Translations under genes and position numbers: made by a program | Part shown: piece after piece, positions 23,559 through 35,295 of the stretch | Position numbering within the stretch: position 1 is the first letter of the stretch | Layout of the letters: the number at the start of each line of letters is the position of its first letter | Assembly (NCBI GenBank): GCA_002269645.1 | Contig: NIVC01002173.1 | Span: 92,914-156,333 of the forward strand | Source of the DNA: Macrostomum lignano | Taxonomy: Eukaryota | DNA: 63,420 nt | Direction: 5' to 3' | Notes under the pieces: generated by a model | Databases searched by the model: none | Told to the model about the DNA's origin: nothing | What the model saw: the letters and a program-made list of their open reading frames with translations, nothing else

Positions 23559-26500
23559 ATGCTAATTGTAAGTGCCATTCATATTTACATATAGCTTACG
23601 ATATTGCCATTGTGAACCAGCTTGGCAGCAGAAATCCCAAACAAAGCATATTATGCTACTTATAGTAGTTCTCATTAAGTTGAGCCAGCCCTAGCCTAGA
23701 CTCTAATTCTCCAGAAACTGGCATTGCAATTCACAGAAAAACCTCAGCCCGAATCCGGCCAACCCAGTCTACCTGGTGGAGTTCTGCAGCACCCGCCTGC
23801 TGCTGGACTGCCCGCTGGACTTTGGCCCCCTGCTGCGCTGCTGCCCCCGGCATCCGCTGCTTGTCGGCGAGGCGTCGCATCAGCCAGCCGCCGAGGTGGA
23901 GGGCAAGGCGTGGCCAGGGGATTCCGCCAGGCCGGACGGTCTGGTGAGTTTGTGAAGCTTTGACTGTCAGGCTTAAATGCAGCTATAAAGCTGATGGTTT
24001 CTCTAATGGTACAAATGCTATGCAAGTATTTTGCTTTTTGTCGGAACATCGCAGGTGCCAGTTTGTAACCACAGTAAGCGGTTGCGGTGGCGATAAAAAT
24101 GTAGCGGAAGCTGCAGTAGTAGTATTAGTGGTAGTAGTAGCAGTAGTAGTAGCAGTAGTAGTAGCAGTAGTAGTAGCAGTAGTAGTAGCAGTAGTAGTAG
24201 TAGCAGTAGTAGTAGTAGCAGTTGTAGTAGTATTAGCAGTAGTAGTATTAGTGGTAGTAGTAGTATATAGTAGCAGTAGTAGTAGTAGTAGCAGTAGTAG
24301 TAGTAGTAATAATAGTGGTAGTAGTAACTGTAGTAATAATAGTAGTAGTAGTTGTAGTTGTGGTATAATCTATCACTTATTTATGATGTAATCTAGCTAA
24401 GGTCTCTGTAATACCTTTATCCGTAATTAATTGCCCCCTTCAATTGATCCGCTTTAACTCCAAGTCCCACCTGCGGCTTTGTTACAGCCATTCAAAACCG
24501 TGGAAGGCGTGGAGCTCCTCGACGCACCACCCTGCGTGTCGATGCCCTTCAGCACCAAGGTGAGTCCAACTGAAGCCATTGTGCATGGCCTCTGCTTCTG
24601 TGTCGATCGCACTTTCCCGTCAAACTTTTCACCCGGAATTTTTCCCGGAATTTCGTGATCCGGGCCCGATTTTTAATTGATTTCCGGGTGAACGCCCGGA
24701 TCAGCTTTTTTGGCCCGGAACAGCCCCTTTTCCGGAAAAAGATCCGGAAATATGATCCGGTAAAATTTCGGGAAAAGGAAAGCTGTTCCGGTTGGATTTT
24801 CCGGAATTTTTCACCCGGAACACTACGGAATTCTGGGTGTAGACCCGAATTTCAGCAGTGTTCCGGGTGAGATTTCGGGACTTCAGTCGGAATTCTCCAC
24901 TGATCCGGACAAAATGATCCGGAAAATTCACCCGGATCAGCTCCCTTGACCCGAATTTCAGCCAAATTCCGGGCGAAGCTGATCCGGGAAAATTTCGGGA
25001 CTTTAGTCGGAATTCGCCAGTTATCCGGACCAAATGATCCGGAAAATTCACCCGGAATTGTGTGCTGATCCGGTTCACTCGCCCGGAATTTAGCCCGGAT
25101 TCGTGTGCTGATCCGGTTCACTCGCCCGGAATTCAGCCGGAATTGTCACCGGAATTTTTTTATTGATCCGGAAAATTCGCCCGGATTCTGTAAACTTTCG
25201 TTACAGATCCGGAAATTCCACCCGGATCTGATTGCATTACTGGAATAGGAAAAAATTCCGGGTGAACGCAAAAAATTCCGGGCGAAATTCCGGGTGAAAA
25301 GTTCGACGGATTTACAAGCTAGTAGAATTTGTGCCAAACCCTTGCAGCACTGCCCGGTGGTGTGGAGCACCGTTGACGCCGTGCTCATTTCCAGCCACCA
25401 CGCCATCCTAGGCGTCCCCTACCTGACCGGTTGCACCGATTTTGCTGGCAGAATTTTCGCCACTGAGCCGTCTATCGAGTTTGGCAGGTGATGTTGCTTC
25501 TGCTGTCAGTTTGCGACCCGTGTCTGAGGTGTTCTCAAGTCTGCACTTAGTTATTAATCTGCTTGTTAACTTATTTTTATAGGCAGATTCTGGAGGATTT
25601 GGCCAACTCGGTGGACCAGCTGCCTCACTGCGGCAAATTGGAGGATGTGGTGAAGCGACTCAGGTAGGCTATGAGCAGCCTTCTTTTCAGATATGGAGCT
25701 GTAGAGTAATTGGAATTTCAAATGACTGCTAGTGAGATATTGACATGACTTGACTTATGATACGACTGACAGACATGTTGCCAGCTACTGACAAAGGAAC
25801 TGGGAGCTTACTTCAACTGTCAGTACCCACCTGACACAGAAGAGTATCTGTCAGAACCCATCTGACACAGAAGAGTATCTGTCAGAACCCATCTGACACA
25901 GAATAGTATCTGTCAGAACCCATCTGACACAGAAGAGTATCTGTCAGAACCCATCTGACACAGAATAGTATCTGTCAGAACCCATCTGACACAGAAGAGT
26001 ATCTGTCAGAACCCATCTGACACAGAATAGTATCTGTCAGAACCCATCTGACACAGAAGAGTATCTGTCAGAACCCATCTGACACAGAATAGTATCTGTC
26101 AGAACCCATCTGACACAGAAGAGTATCTGTCAGAACCCATCTGACACAGAAGAGTATCTATCAGAACCCATCTGACACAGAAGAGTATCTGTCAGAACCC
26201 ATCTGACACAGAAGAGTATCTGTCAGAACCCATCTGACACAGAGGAGTAACTGTCAGAACCCATCGCCCCATCCTCCCTAGAGAGGCGGGCCACCCGCTG
26301 GCGGACCAGGCCGAGAACTGGATGCCGGTGTTCACGGCAGCTCAGGTGCAGTCAGCATTCGACAGCGTCCAGCGAGTATCGTTCAACCAGCGAGTCCAGC
26401 TGCTCAACGACCTGCTGCTCACCCCAGTCAGCTCGGGCTTCTGCATCGGCGGCTGCAACTGGCTGATCGAGAGCGACTTCCACAGAATGGCCTACATGTC

Positions 26501-29500
26501 CGCCTCTTCGCAGTGGACCTGCCACCCCCTGCCCATGAGCTGGCAGGCTCTGGTCGGCTGCGACCTGCTGCTGTTTAACGGGGCCTGCCTGCTGCCGGGC
26601 CAGACTCCCGACCGATCAGTGGAGGACATCTGCTCAGCTCTAGTGACCGTGCTCAGCCAGGTGAGTCCTGCTTTTGGCTGTGTTGCTGAAATTGGCTGCT
26701 CATGACTGATTGGGGCTGCTCATTGACTGATTGGGGCTGCTCATTGACTGATTGGGGCTGCTCATGACTGATTGGGGCTGCTCATGACTGATTGGGGCTG
26801 CTCATGACTGATTGGGGCTGCTCATTGACTGATTGGGGCTGCTCATGACTGATTGGGGCTGCTCATGACTGATTGGGGCTGCTCATGACTGATTGGGGCT
26901 GCTCATGACTGATTGGGGCTGCTCATGACTGATTGGGGCTGCTCATGACTGATTGGGGCTGGAACTGACTGCTCATGATGCTTAGGCCCCTCACCCTAAA
27001 TACTAACTGTCGCATCCCCATCCCGCTCGCGTCGGCACTGCAGGGCGGCAGCGCTCTGTTTCCCTGCCGGCCGTGCGGCGTGCTGTTCGACCTGCTGGAG
27101 TCCATCTCCAACCACCTGGACGCCAAGGGCATGCGCCGCTACCCCATGTACCTGGTCTCTGCCCGGGCCAAGAACAGCCTCAGCTTTGCGGACATCTGCG
27201 GCGAGTGGCTGTCAGCTGAGCGGCAGAAGCGGCTGTACACGGCTGATGTGCCGTTCGGGCACGCCGAAGTGAGACCCGCTTAGGGGCTGGCTTCTCTTAT
27301 GCTGCCTAATTAGGTCTATCTCTCCCAGTCTCCTCTCTTCCCCATCCCTTCCAATCTTATATTTTCCCATGCCTTCCAGTCCCCTCTCTTCCCCATCTCC
27401 TCCAGTCCCCTCTCTTCCCCATCTCCTCCAGTCCCCTCTCTTCCCCATCTCCTCCAGTCTCCTCTCTTCCCCATCTCTTCCCATCTTTCAGTTCCCCTTT
27501 CACCTTATCTATCAAAATTTTTGCCCTCTACATCACCCAGTAAGTCTCTATGGACCTTAATAACTTATTCTCTACTCTCCTTCCCAGTCTCTAATGTTTT
27601 CCCATCCCTCTTGTTTTTACTTTATGTCTGCCTCGCGACTCACGCCTTTGCCCCACCTCCCCCCTCACCCCAGATGCTTCAGCAGAACCAGCTCCAGCAG
27701 TTTTCCAGCCTGGGCAGCGACTTCGGCCGGCAGTGCAGCCAGCCCTGCATCGTGTTCGCCACCGACCCCTGCCTGCGCCTTGGCGAGGCCGTTCACCTGG
27801 CCGCCGCCTGGGGCCGCGACCGGGCCAACGCCCTGTTCCTCACCGATCCGCAGTTCGCCGACGTGCAGACCCTGGCGCCGTTCCAGCCGCTGGCGATGCC
27901 CGTGAGGATTCCCTGACTACAGCTGCTTAATGTACAGTGTGTGCCCTCTGCCCCGCACTGTGCACTGCGAACTATCACTTATCCCCAGTTTTATCGCAGT
28001 TTTATGTCAGGGCCCGAGTGCCGAAAAATACCCTGGCTTACACTGTATATCCTCAGGTGTCAGGGTCCCAGTGCCCCAATGCCCTGGCTTATACCCTCAG
28101 ATTTCGGGGTCCCAGTGCCCCAATGCCCTGGCTTATACCCTCAGATTTCGGGGTCCCAGTGCCCCAATGCCCTGGCTTATATCCTCAGATGTCAGGGTCC
28201 CAGTGCCCCAATGCCCTGGCTTATATCCTCAGATGTCAGGGTCCCAGTGCCCGAATGCCCTGGCTTATATCCTCAGATGTCAGGCCCCAGTGCCCCAATA
28301 CCCTGGCTTATATCCTCAGATGTCAGGGTCCCAGTGCCCGAATGCCCTGGCTTATATCCTCAGATGTCAGGGTCCTAGTGCCCGAATGCCCTGGCTTATA
28401 TCCTCAGATGTCAGGCCCCAGTGCCCGAATGCCCTGGCTTATATCCTCAGATGTCAGGGTCCTAGTGCCCGAATGCCCTGGCTTATATCCTCAGATGTCA
28501 GGCCCCAGTGCCCCAATACCCTGGCTTATATCCTCAGATGTCAGGGTCCCAGTGCCCCAATGCCCTGGCTTATATCCTCAGATGTCAGGGTCCCAGTGCC
28601 CGAATGCCCTGGCTTATATCCTCAGATTTCAGGGTCCCAGTGCCCCAATACCCTGGCTTATATCCTCAGATGTCAGGGTCCCAGTGCCCGAATGCCCTGG
28701 CTTATATCCTCAGATTTCAGGGTCCCAGTGCCTCAATGCCCTGGCTTATACCCTCAGATTTCAGGGTCCCAGTGCCTCAATGCCCTGGCTTATACCCTCA
28801 GATGTCAGGGTCCCAGTGCCTCAATGCCCTGGCTTATACCCTCAGATGTCAGGGTCCCAGTGCCTCAATGCCCTGGCTTATACCCTCAGATGTCAGGGTC
28901 CCAGTGCCCCAATGCCCTGGCTTATACCCTCAGATTTCAGGGTCGCTAATTAGGAAGCTAATGCATCGCTAATTAGGAAGCTCCCTGTGCCCCTGACTTA
29001 TATCCTCAGACGTTCACAGACCCTGGAGGTCATGCATCGCACAGAAATCCCCGGGGTCAATTTTCGGTCACGAGGCTAAGCCCCAAATTTAGGATCGTGT
29101 ACTGGCCGTTTTGAACTGCAGGTTCACCGCTTCACTATGGACATGCGGATGCAGCCGTCTCAGGCTGCTGATGTGCTCAGCCTGCTCAGGTGCGGTCGCC
29201 TGGTGATGCCGGAGGCCTATCGCCGCCTCGACTGCCATGGCGGCTGTCCCGTGAGCTACTCGCAGTACCTGTCAGTCATGCAGTTCCCTCTGGATTCGTC
29301 CGACCAGCTGCTGGAGCTGAGCCCCGCTCTGGCCAGGACTGTCCGGCCTGTCCGAGTCGGAGACAGACAGCTCGCACTGCTGGTATGTTGATACTGACTG
29401 TGACACTGGTTGTAGCACTGGTTGTGGCACTGGTTGTGGCACTGGTTTTGGTACTGGTTTTGGCACTGGTTGTGGCACTAGTTGTGGCACTGGTTGTGGC

Positions 29501-30221
29501 ACTGATTGTGGCACTGGTTGTGGCACTGGTTTTGGCACTGGTTGTGGCACTGGTTGTGGCACTGACTGTGGCACTAATTGTGGCACTGGTTTTGGCACTG
29601 GTTGTGGCACTGGTTGTGGCACTGGTTGTGGCACTAGTTGTGGCACTGACTGTGGCACTGGTTGTGGCACTGGTTTTGGCACTGGTTTTGGCACTGGTTT
29701 TGGCACTGACTGTGGCACTGGTTGTGGCTCTGGTTGTTGCACAGTGTTGCACTGTGGTCCATTAACTGTGGTACTTATTGTGGCACTGGTTGTGGCGCTA
29801 ATTGTAACTTTCCTCCTGCTGCTAGGAGGGCGAGGTGACGATGGGTCGCAGCGGTCGGCGCCGTCTGGAGCCGCTCTCCGAGGCGGCCAAGTCGTCCGGC
29901 TCCACCGGCGGGGCTGTCGGCTTCGGCAGCGGCAGCGAGCTGAAGCCCCTGCTGGCCGCGGTGGAGAGCTCCCAGACGGCCAAGCCGCTGCTGACTGGCC
30001 AGCTGCGGCCGGAGGAGCTGGTGCGCCAGCTGCGCGCCAGGAACTTCCCCGGCGCCAAGCACGAGCTGGCGGAGGACGGCTCCTGGAGCATCTTCCTGGA
30101 GGTCGGGCACCAGGAGGCGCTGATCACGGGGTCGGCCGGGGCCACGCATGTCTACTGCGACGACGAGAAAATCCGGCTGGTTGTGCGCGAGTCGCTGCTG
30201 GCCTGTCTGGTGCTGGTTTGA
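23559..30221 (+). CDS. INTS9: Integrator complex subunit 9
   Basis: Exons 23559-23567 (MLI|GTAAGT), 23737-23943, 24488-24559, 25348-25487, 25583-25663, 26282-26660, 27044-27268, 27674-27901, 29122-29382, 29826-30221. LLLDCPLD, STVDAVLISSHH..ATEPSIEFGR, SSGFCIGGCNWLI, PCGVLFDLLE, QPCIVF..LAPFQPLAM and KPLLTG..THVYCDD match INTS9 as recalled. Confidence 0.95.
24110..24362. repeat. (AGT/AGC)n microsatellite in INTS9 intron 2
   Basis: GCAGTAGTAGTA-type repeats, directly visible. Confidence 0.95.
24617..25309. mobile_element. MITE/foldback element with 25-bp TIRs, packed with CCGG subrepeats (INTS9 intron 3)
   Basis: 5' CCGTCAAACTTTTCACCCGGAATTT and 3' AAATTCCGGGTGAAAAGTTCGACGG (1 mismatch); the interior is made of ATCCGGA/CCCGGAA units in both orientations. 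Confidence 0.8.
25826..26265. repeat. 31-bp minisatellite with an internal inverted repeat, ~14 copies (INTS9 intron 5)
   Basis: CCCATCTGACACAGAAGAGTATCTGTCAGAA; TCTGACA/TGTCAGA arms. Confidence 0.95.
26688..26975. repeat. 20/21-bp minisatellite (INTS9 intron 6)
   Basis: GACTGATTGGGGCTGCTCAT, ~13 copies. Confidence 0.95.
27320..27500. repeat. CT-rich ~25-bp repeat (INTS9 intron 7)
   Basis: CTCCTCCAGTCCCCTCTCTTCCCCAT-like units. Confidence 0.8.
28010..28945. repeat. 44-bp minisatellite, ~21 copies (INTS9 intron 8)
   Basis: CAGTGCCCCAATGCCCTGGCTTATATCCTCAGATGTCAGGGTCC, with 43-bp variants. Confidence 0.95.
29398..29805. repeat. 12-bp minisatellite (GTTGTGGCACTG)n (INTS9 intron 9)
   Basis: Directly visible. 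Confidence 0.95.
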
Positions 30222-30384
30222 CACTACTGATAGTAGCTTGAATTTGGCGGCGCTAGAAATTAAACAAGTGCATTTGTTAATTTGAAATATATTTGTCAGA
30301 TATGTATTACTGATATGCATTATTGTTTCTTATTTATTGCTTGTAAAGGCAATTATATGTTGTCATTAGTGGAAATAGATAAAT

Positions 30385-31050
30385 AAGACAGCCACATTGT
30401 GCAGTCATCAGTGTACATAGATAGATAAGACAGCGGCATTGTGCAGTCATCAGTGTACATAGATAGAAAAAGACAGCGGCACTGTGCAGTCATCAGTGTA
30501 CATAGATAGATAAGACAGCGGCATTGTGCAGTCATCAGTGTACATAGATAGAAAAGACAGCGGCACTGTGCAGTCATCAGTGTACATAGATAGATAAGAC
30601 AGCGGCATTGTGCAGTCATCAGTGTACATAGATAGAAAAGACAGCGGCACTGTGCAGTCATCAGTGTACATAGATAGATAAGACAGCGGCACTGTGCAGT
30701 CATCAGTGTACATAGATAGATAAGACAGCGGCACTGTGCAGTCATCAGTGTACATAGATAGATAAGACAGCGGCATTGTGCAGTCATCAGTGTACATAGA
30801 TAGATAAGACAGCGGCATTGTGCAGTCATCAGTGTACATAGATAAATAAGACAGCGGCACTGTGCAGTCATCAGTGTACATAGATAGAAAAGACAGCGGC
30901 ACTGTGCAGTCATCAGTGTACATAGATAGAAAAGACAGCGGCACTGTGCAGTCATCAGTGTACATAGATAGATAAGACAGCGGCACTGTGCAGTCATCAG
31001 TGTACATAGATAGATAAGACAGCGGCACTGTGCAGTCATCAGTGTACATA
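30385..31050. repeat. 42-bp minisatellite, ~16 copies, between INTS9 and SNX4
   Basis: GACAGCGGCACTGTGCAGTCATCAGTGTACATAGATAGATAA. Confidence 0.95.
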
Positions 31051-31108
31051 CAGGTCTATAGTTGGGTCAGCATTAATTTTACAAGCCTGGAACTTCCGCA
31101 ACCGCAGC

Positions 31109-33930
31109 ATGGCTGAGCCGGCAGCTCCCGAAGATCCGCAGCAGCAGCTGCAGACCCAGTCTGAGCAGCAGCAGCCGGTGCAGTTGTCGCTGCCGAAGCC
31201 CAGCGGCCGCTACCTTCGAGTCCGCATCGCTGACCAAGAGCGCTCGCCTGACGACCGAGTCGCCTACGTGGTGGAGACGCGCGTGCTCGACCAGGAGGCG
31301 ACGCCGCAGGAGCTGCGCGACCTGCTGGGCAGCCACGCCCTGCAGACGTGCCGCTACTACTCGGACTTCGATCTGCTGCGCGGCTTCCTGGAGCTGAAAT
31401 ATCCCGACTGCCTGATCCCGCCGCTGCCGGACAAGCTGTCCTCCTACGCGCCCTGGAAGATTGCCGGACAGAAGTTTGACCAGGTCTGCTGACTCTGCTG
31501 TGTTTGCATTCTTGTCCCTAATCCACCTTTCAGAATCTCTGATAATCCGCCTTTGAGAATCTCCGATAATCCACCTTTGAGACTCCGATAATCCACTTTT
31601 GAGAATCTCCGATAATCCACCTTTGAGAATCTCTGATAATCCACCTTTGAGAATCTCTCTGATAATACACCTTTGAGATTATTCGCCAGGCTCAAACAGC
31701 AGTCCATTCAAGCCAACCCCATCTTCCGTCCCGCAGGACTTCCTCGACAACCGCCGCTTCGGCCTGGAGCTGTTCATCAACCGGGTGCTGTGCCATCGCC
31801 GCCTGAGCTTGTGCCAGCAGGTGGTGTCCTTCCTTCGTCACGACTCTGAATGGCGCCTGCGCGTCTTCACGCCGGCCATTGGCCAGCAGCTGGACGCCGC
31901 AATCTCCGCGCGAAGCGCCGCATTTCGCTTGCGCTCGCCGCTGCCCGCCGTAGCGACGATGCGGACCAACGCGGCCGCGGTTCGGGCGGCTGTTCAGGTG
32001 AACCTGTGGGACATCTGGGGGGCTTATCAGTGAGCTGACTGGCTTATCAGTGAGCTGACTGGCTTATCAGTGAGCTGACTGGCTTATCAGTGAGCTGACT
32101 GGCTTATCAGTGAGCTGACTGGCTTATCAGTGAGCTGACTGGCTTATCAGTGAGCTGACTGGCTTATCAGTGAGCTGACTGGCTTATCAGTGAGCTGACT
32201 GGCTTATCAGTGAGCTGACTGGCTTATCAGTGAGCTGACTGGCTTATCAGTGAGCTGACTGGCTTATCAGTGAGCTGACTGGCTTATCAGTGAGCTGACT
32301 GGCTTATCAGTGAGCTGACTGGCTTATCAGTGAGCTGACTGGCTTATCAGTGAGCTGACTGGCTTATCAGTGAGCTGACTGGCTTATCAGTGAGCTGACT
32401 GGCTTATCAGTGAGCTGACTGGCTTATCAGTGAGCTGACTTAGCCACTTTAAGGTGCTTATCAGTGGAGGATCAGGATCAATCAAGCAGGCTTAGCTCAG
32501 AGCCAAAGTCCCCATCCCGCATGCCCTCAGGCGGTGGCCAAGGCCTACGAGCAGCTGGTGGCCCGGCACTACCGCATTCACCGGCTCCATTCAACCCTCG
32601 GCGGCATCCTCAGCGACTGGTGCGGCCTGGAGGAGGACCCGGCATTTGCTGACGCCCTGCAGACGGCCGGCCACTACATGGACGTCTATGCTAGCGGAGC
32701 CGATTCCGCGGTTGGCGAAGACGACGAGCTGCTGAATCGGCTGCGCGAGGCCGCCGGCTTCTGCGACTCCGTGGCTGGCCTCTGCCGGCGCCTGGAGCTC
32801 AAGGTGAGCTGCTGCTGGTCTTCTTATTAGCTTTTATGTGGTTGAACTGGCATGGGGATTCCGCCTGAAAAATTGCCCAAGAATCGCCACTCCAAAACCA
32901 GATGAGAATTCTCCTGTCCCACCAGATAAGAATTCCCTTGCCCACCCAGGTGAGAATTCCCCTGCCTACCCAGATAGGAATGTCCCCTGCTAACTCAGGT
33001 GAGAATTCCCCTGCCCACCCAGGTGAGAATTCTCCTGCCAACTCAGGTGAGAATTTCCCTGCCCATCCTGGTGAGAATTCCCCTGCCCATCCTAGTGAGA
33101 ATTTCCCTGCCCATCCTGGTGAGAATTTCCCTGCCCATCCTGGTGAGAATTTCCCTGCCCATCCTGGTGAGAATTTCCCTGCCCATCCTGGTGAGAATTT
33201 CCCTGCCCATCCTGGTGAGAATTCCCCTGCCCATCCTGGTGAGAATTCCCATGCCCATCCTGGTGAGAATTTCCCTGCCCATCCTGGTGAGAATTTCCCT
33301 GCCCACCCTGGTAAGAATTCCCCTGCCCACCCAGGTGAGAATTCCCCTGCCCACCCAGGTGAGAATTCCCCTGCCCACCCAGGTGAGAATTCCCCTGAAC
33401 AGCCGTACGCAGCCTTCAGCTGCGCCGCGCAATGGCTGCGGCTGAGCTGTCGGTTGCACAACTGTCCATTTGGGCAGGTGTGATCAATGATTATTATCGT
33501 GCTATCAACAGTAGTCTGTATCGCAGGCATATTCTGCATTTGTTTATCGCAGGTTCTCAAAGCCGAGCAGCTGGAAGACGCCATCGCGGCCAAGCGGGAC
33601 GAGAAGCGCCGGGTGGAGACGGACAGCTACGGCTTGTCACTGCGAGGCCTCCGCACGCGCCTGTTTGGCGCCCAGGACGCGGAGCAGAAGCGAGCGGCCC
33701 TGTATCAGCTGGAGACGGACATCTCCCAGCTGGAGGCCGGCCTGGCCACCGCCCGTCAGTGCCTGGACGCCGGCTGTGCCTCCGTAGACTCGGAGATGGC
33801 CGACTTTCAGGCGCAGCGCCGCGTTGACCTCGGCCGCCTGGTGGCGCTGCTGTGCGAAATGCGCGCCGAGAAGCTGCACCGCGCCTGCCGCATCTGGGCG
33901 CACAGCCGGGACACGTTTGCCCGCGTGTGA
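31109..33930 (+). CDS. SNX4: Sorting nexin 4 (PX-BAR)
   Basis: Exons 31109-31483, 31737-31997, 32531-32803, 33553-33930. YVVETR..RYYSDFDLLRGFL..IPPLPDK, DFLDNRRFGLE, ALQTAGHYMDVYAS and SLRGLRTRLFG match SNX4 as recalled. Confidence 0.93.
31520..31678. repeat. 24-bp minisatellite (SNX4 intron 1)
   Basis: GAGAATCTCCGATAATCCACCTTT, ~6 copies. Confidence 0.9.
32021..32440. repeat. 21 perfect copies of a 20-bp unit (SNX4 intron 2)
   Basis: GGCTTATCAGTGAGCTGACT, no variants seen. Confidence 0.97.
32898..33397. repeat. 24-bp minisatellite containing splice-site-like motifs (SNX4 intron 3)
   Basis: CC(A/T)GGTGAGAATT(C/T)CCCTGCCCA(C/T), ~20 copies. Confidence 0.95.
33396..33497 (+). mobile_element. 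5'-truncated copy of the SINE at 888-1178
   Basis: GCCGCGCAAT(G/A)GCTGCGGCTGAGCTGTCGGTTGCACA..GATCAA..TTATTAT is shared with 1085-1178. Confidence 0.8.
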
Positions 33931-34319
33931 GAGGGCTGGGGCTGCTATGCCTGCTTTAAAGTCTGTGGGATCATCACGACTTTACTAAAATAAGTTTTAT
34001 GACTTGAAGGGTCCTGTTCGGTCGTGAACTGTTGCAAAATTCTCACCTGTATATTTAGCGCGAGGCACGTGATTGGCCTTTGCTTGCAGACCAGATGCTT
34101 TAATTGTATAATATTGCAGTGCGATCTTGTTATCTACCAATGTCAAGTTCTGCGCGTGGTTTTGCGCTACAGGCTTTCTGTAATTCAATTTCTGAATGCG
34201 TTATGATAATGAGTTAAACTTCTCTAAATCAATGTCAGCATTGTGTACGAATTTCTCGAATAACCTCATCATTGCATTGTAAATTTATCTGTGTATAATG
34301 ATCACGTTGTTCAGGTCCG

Positions 34320-34862
34320 CAGTTGCTGGGCCAGCCACCCAGATCCTCAGTTGCAGGGGCCAGCCTCCCAGATCCTCGTTGCTAAGCCAGCCTCCCAGAT
34401 CCTCAGTTGCTGGGCCAGCCTCCCAGATTCTCGTTGCTAAGCCAGCCTCCCAGATCCTCAGTTGCTGAGCCAGCCTCCCAGATCCTCAGTTGCTATGCTA
34501 GCCTCCCAGATCCTCGTTGGTAAGCCAGCCTCCCAGAGTGTCAGTTGCTAAGCCAGCCTCCCAGATCCTCAGTTGCCGGGGCCAGCCTCCCAGATCCTCG
34601 GTTACTTTGCCAGCCTCCCAGAGTGTCAGTTGCTGGGCCAGCCTCCCAGATCCTCGGTTACTTTGCCTGCCTCCCAGAGTGTCAGTTGCTAAGCCAGCCT
34701 CCCAGATCCTCGGTTACTTTGCCAGCCTCCCAGAGTGTCAGTTGCTAAGCCAGCCTCCCAGATCCTCAGTTGCAGGGGCCAGCCTCCCAGATCCTCGGTT
34801 ACTTTGCCAGCCTCCCAGAGTGTCAGTTGCTAAGCCAGCCTCCCAGATCCTCAGTTGCTGGG
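34320..34862. repeat. Compound ~27-29-bp minisatellite with higher-order alternation
   Basis: Core GCCAGCCTCCCAGA with alternating spacers (TCCTCAGTTGCTAA, TCCTCGGTTACTTT, GTGTCAGTTGCTAA). Confidence 0.9.
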
Positions 34863-35295
34863 GGCCGTCTGCAGTGCCGGATTGCAGTCGTATTAGTTAA
34901 GTCTTCGTTTTCTTGAGTTTGTATAAATTTATGCGGCAATTCAAATTCGTACAGATAAATTTATTTTCCGAATTCGGCTACTTCTAATTCGATTCGAAAT
35001 ACACAGACAGATATGACTGCTGGTTCCTCAGTTCAGAAGTCTGCTCTGGTTCACGGCATTTATCTTTGGGAATTAAAACTTAAGTGCAGGGGATTTTTTC
35101 CGATGAGAAAATGCTTACCTTGGATTCTGGCAGTACAGTGGCAGCCGTGCGCCTATTGGATGCGATTTATTGTTGCCATGGGAACCTGCCCGGGTAGAAG
35201 ATGCGCTGATTTTTAGCTATGAAAATAGAGTCGTTGAGCACTGTTGTCCTGCTCAACTTTTTGATAGCTGTTCCAACCACCTAAGGACCGCCATT

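Noticed and set aside
23737-23760. INTS9 start codon supplied by the spliced-leader AUG
   Set aside because: A cis mini-exon ATGCTAATT|GTAAGT at 23559-23567 supplies Met in the correct phase.
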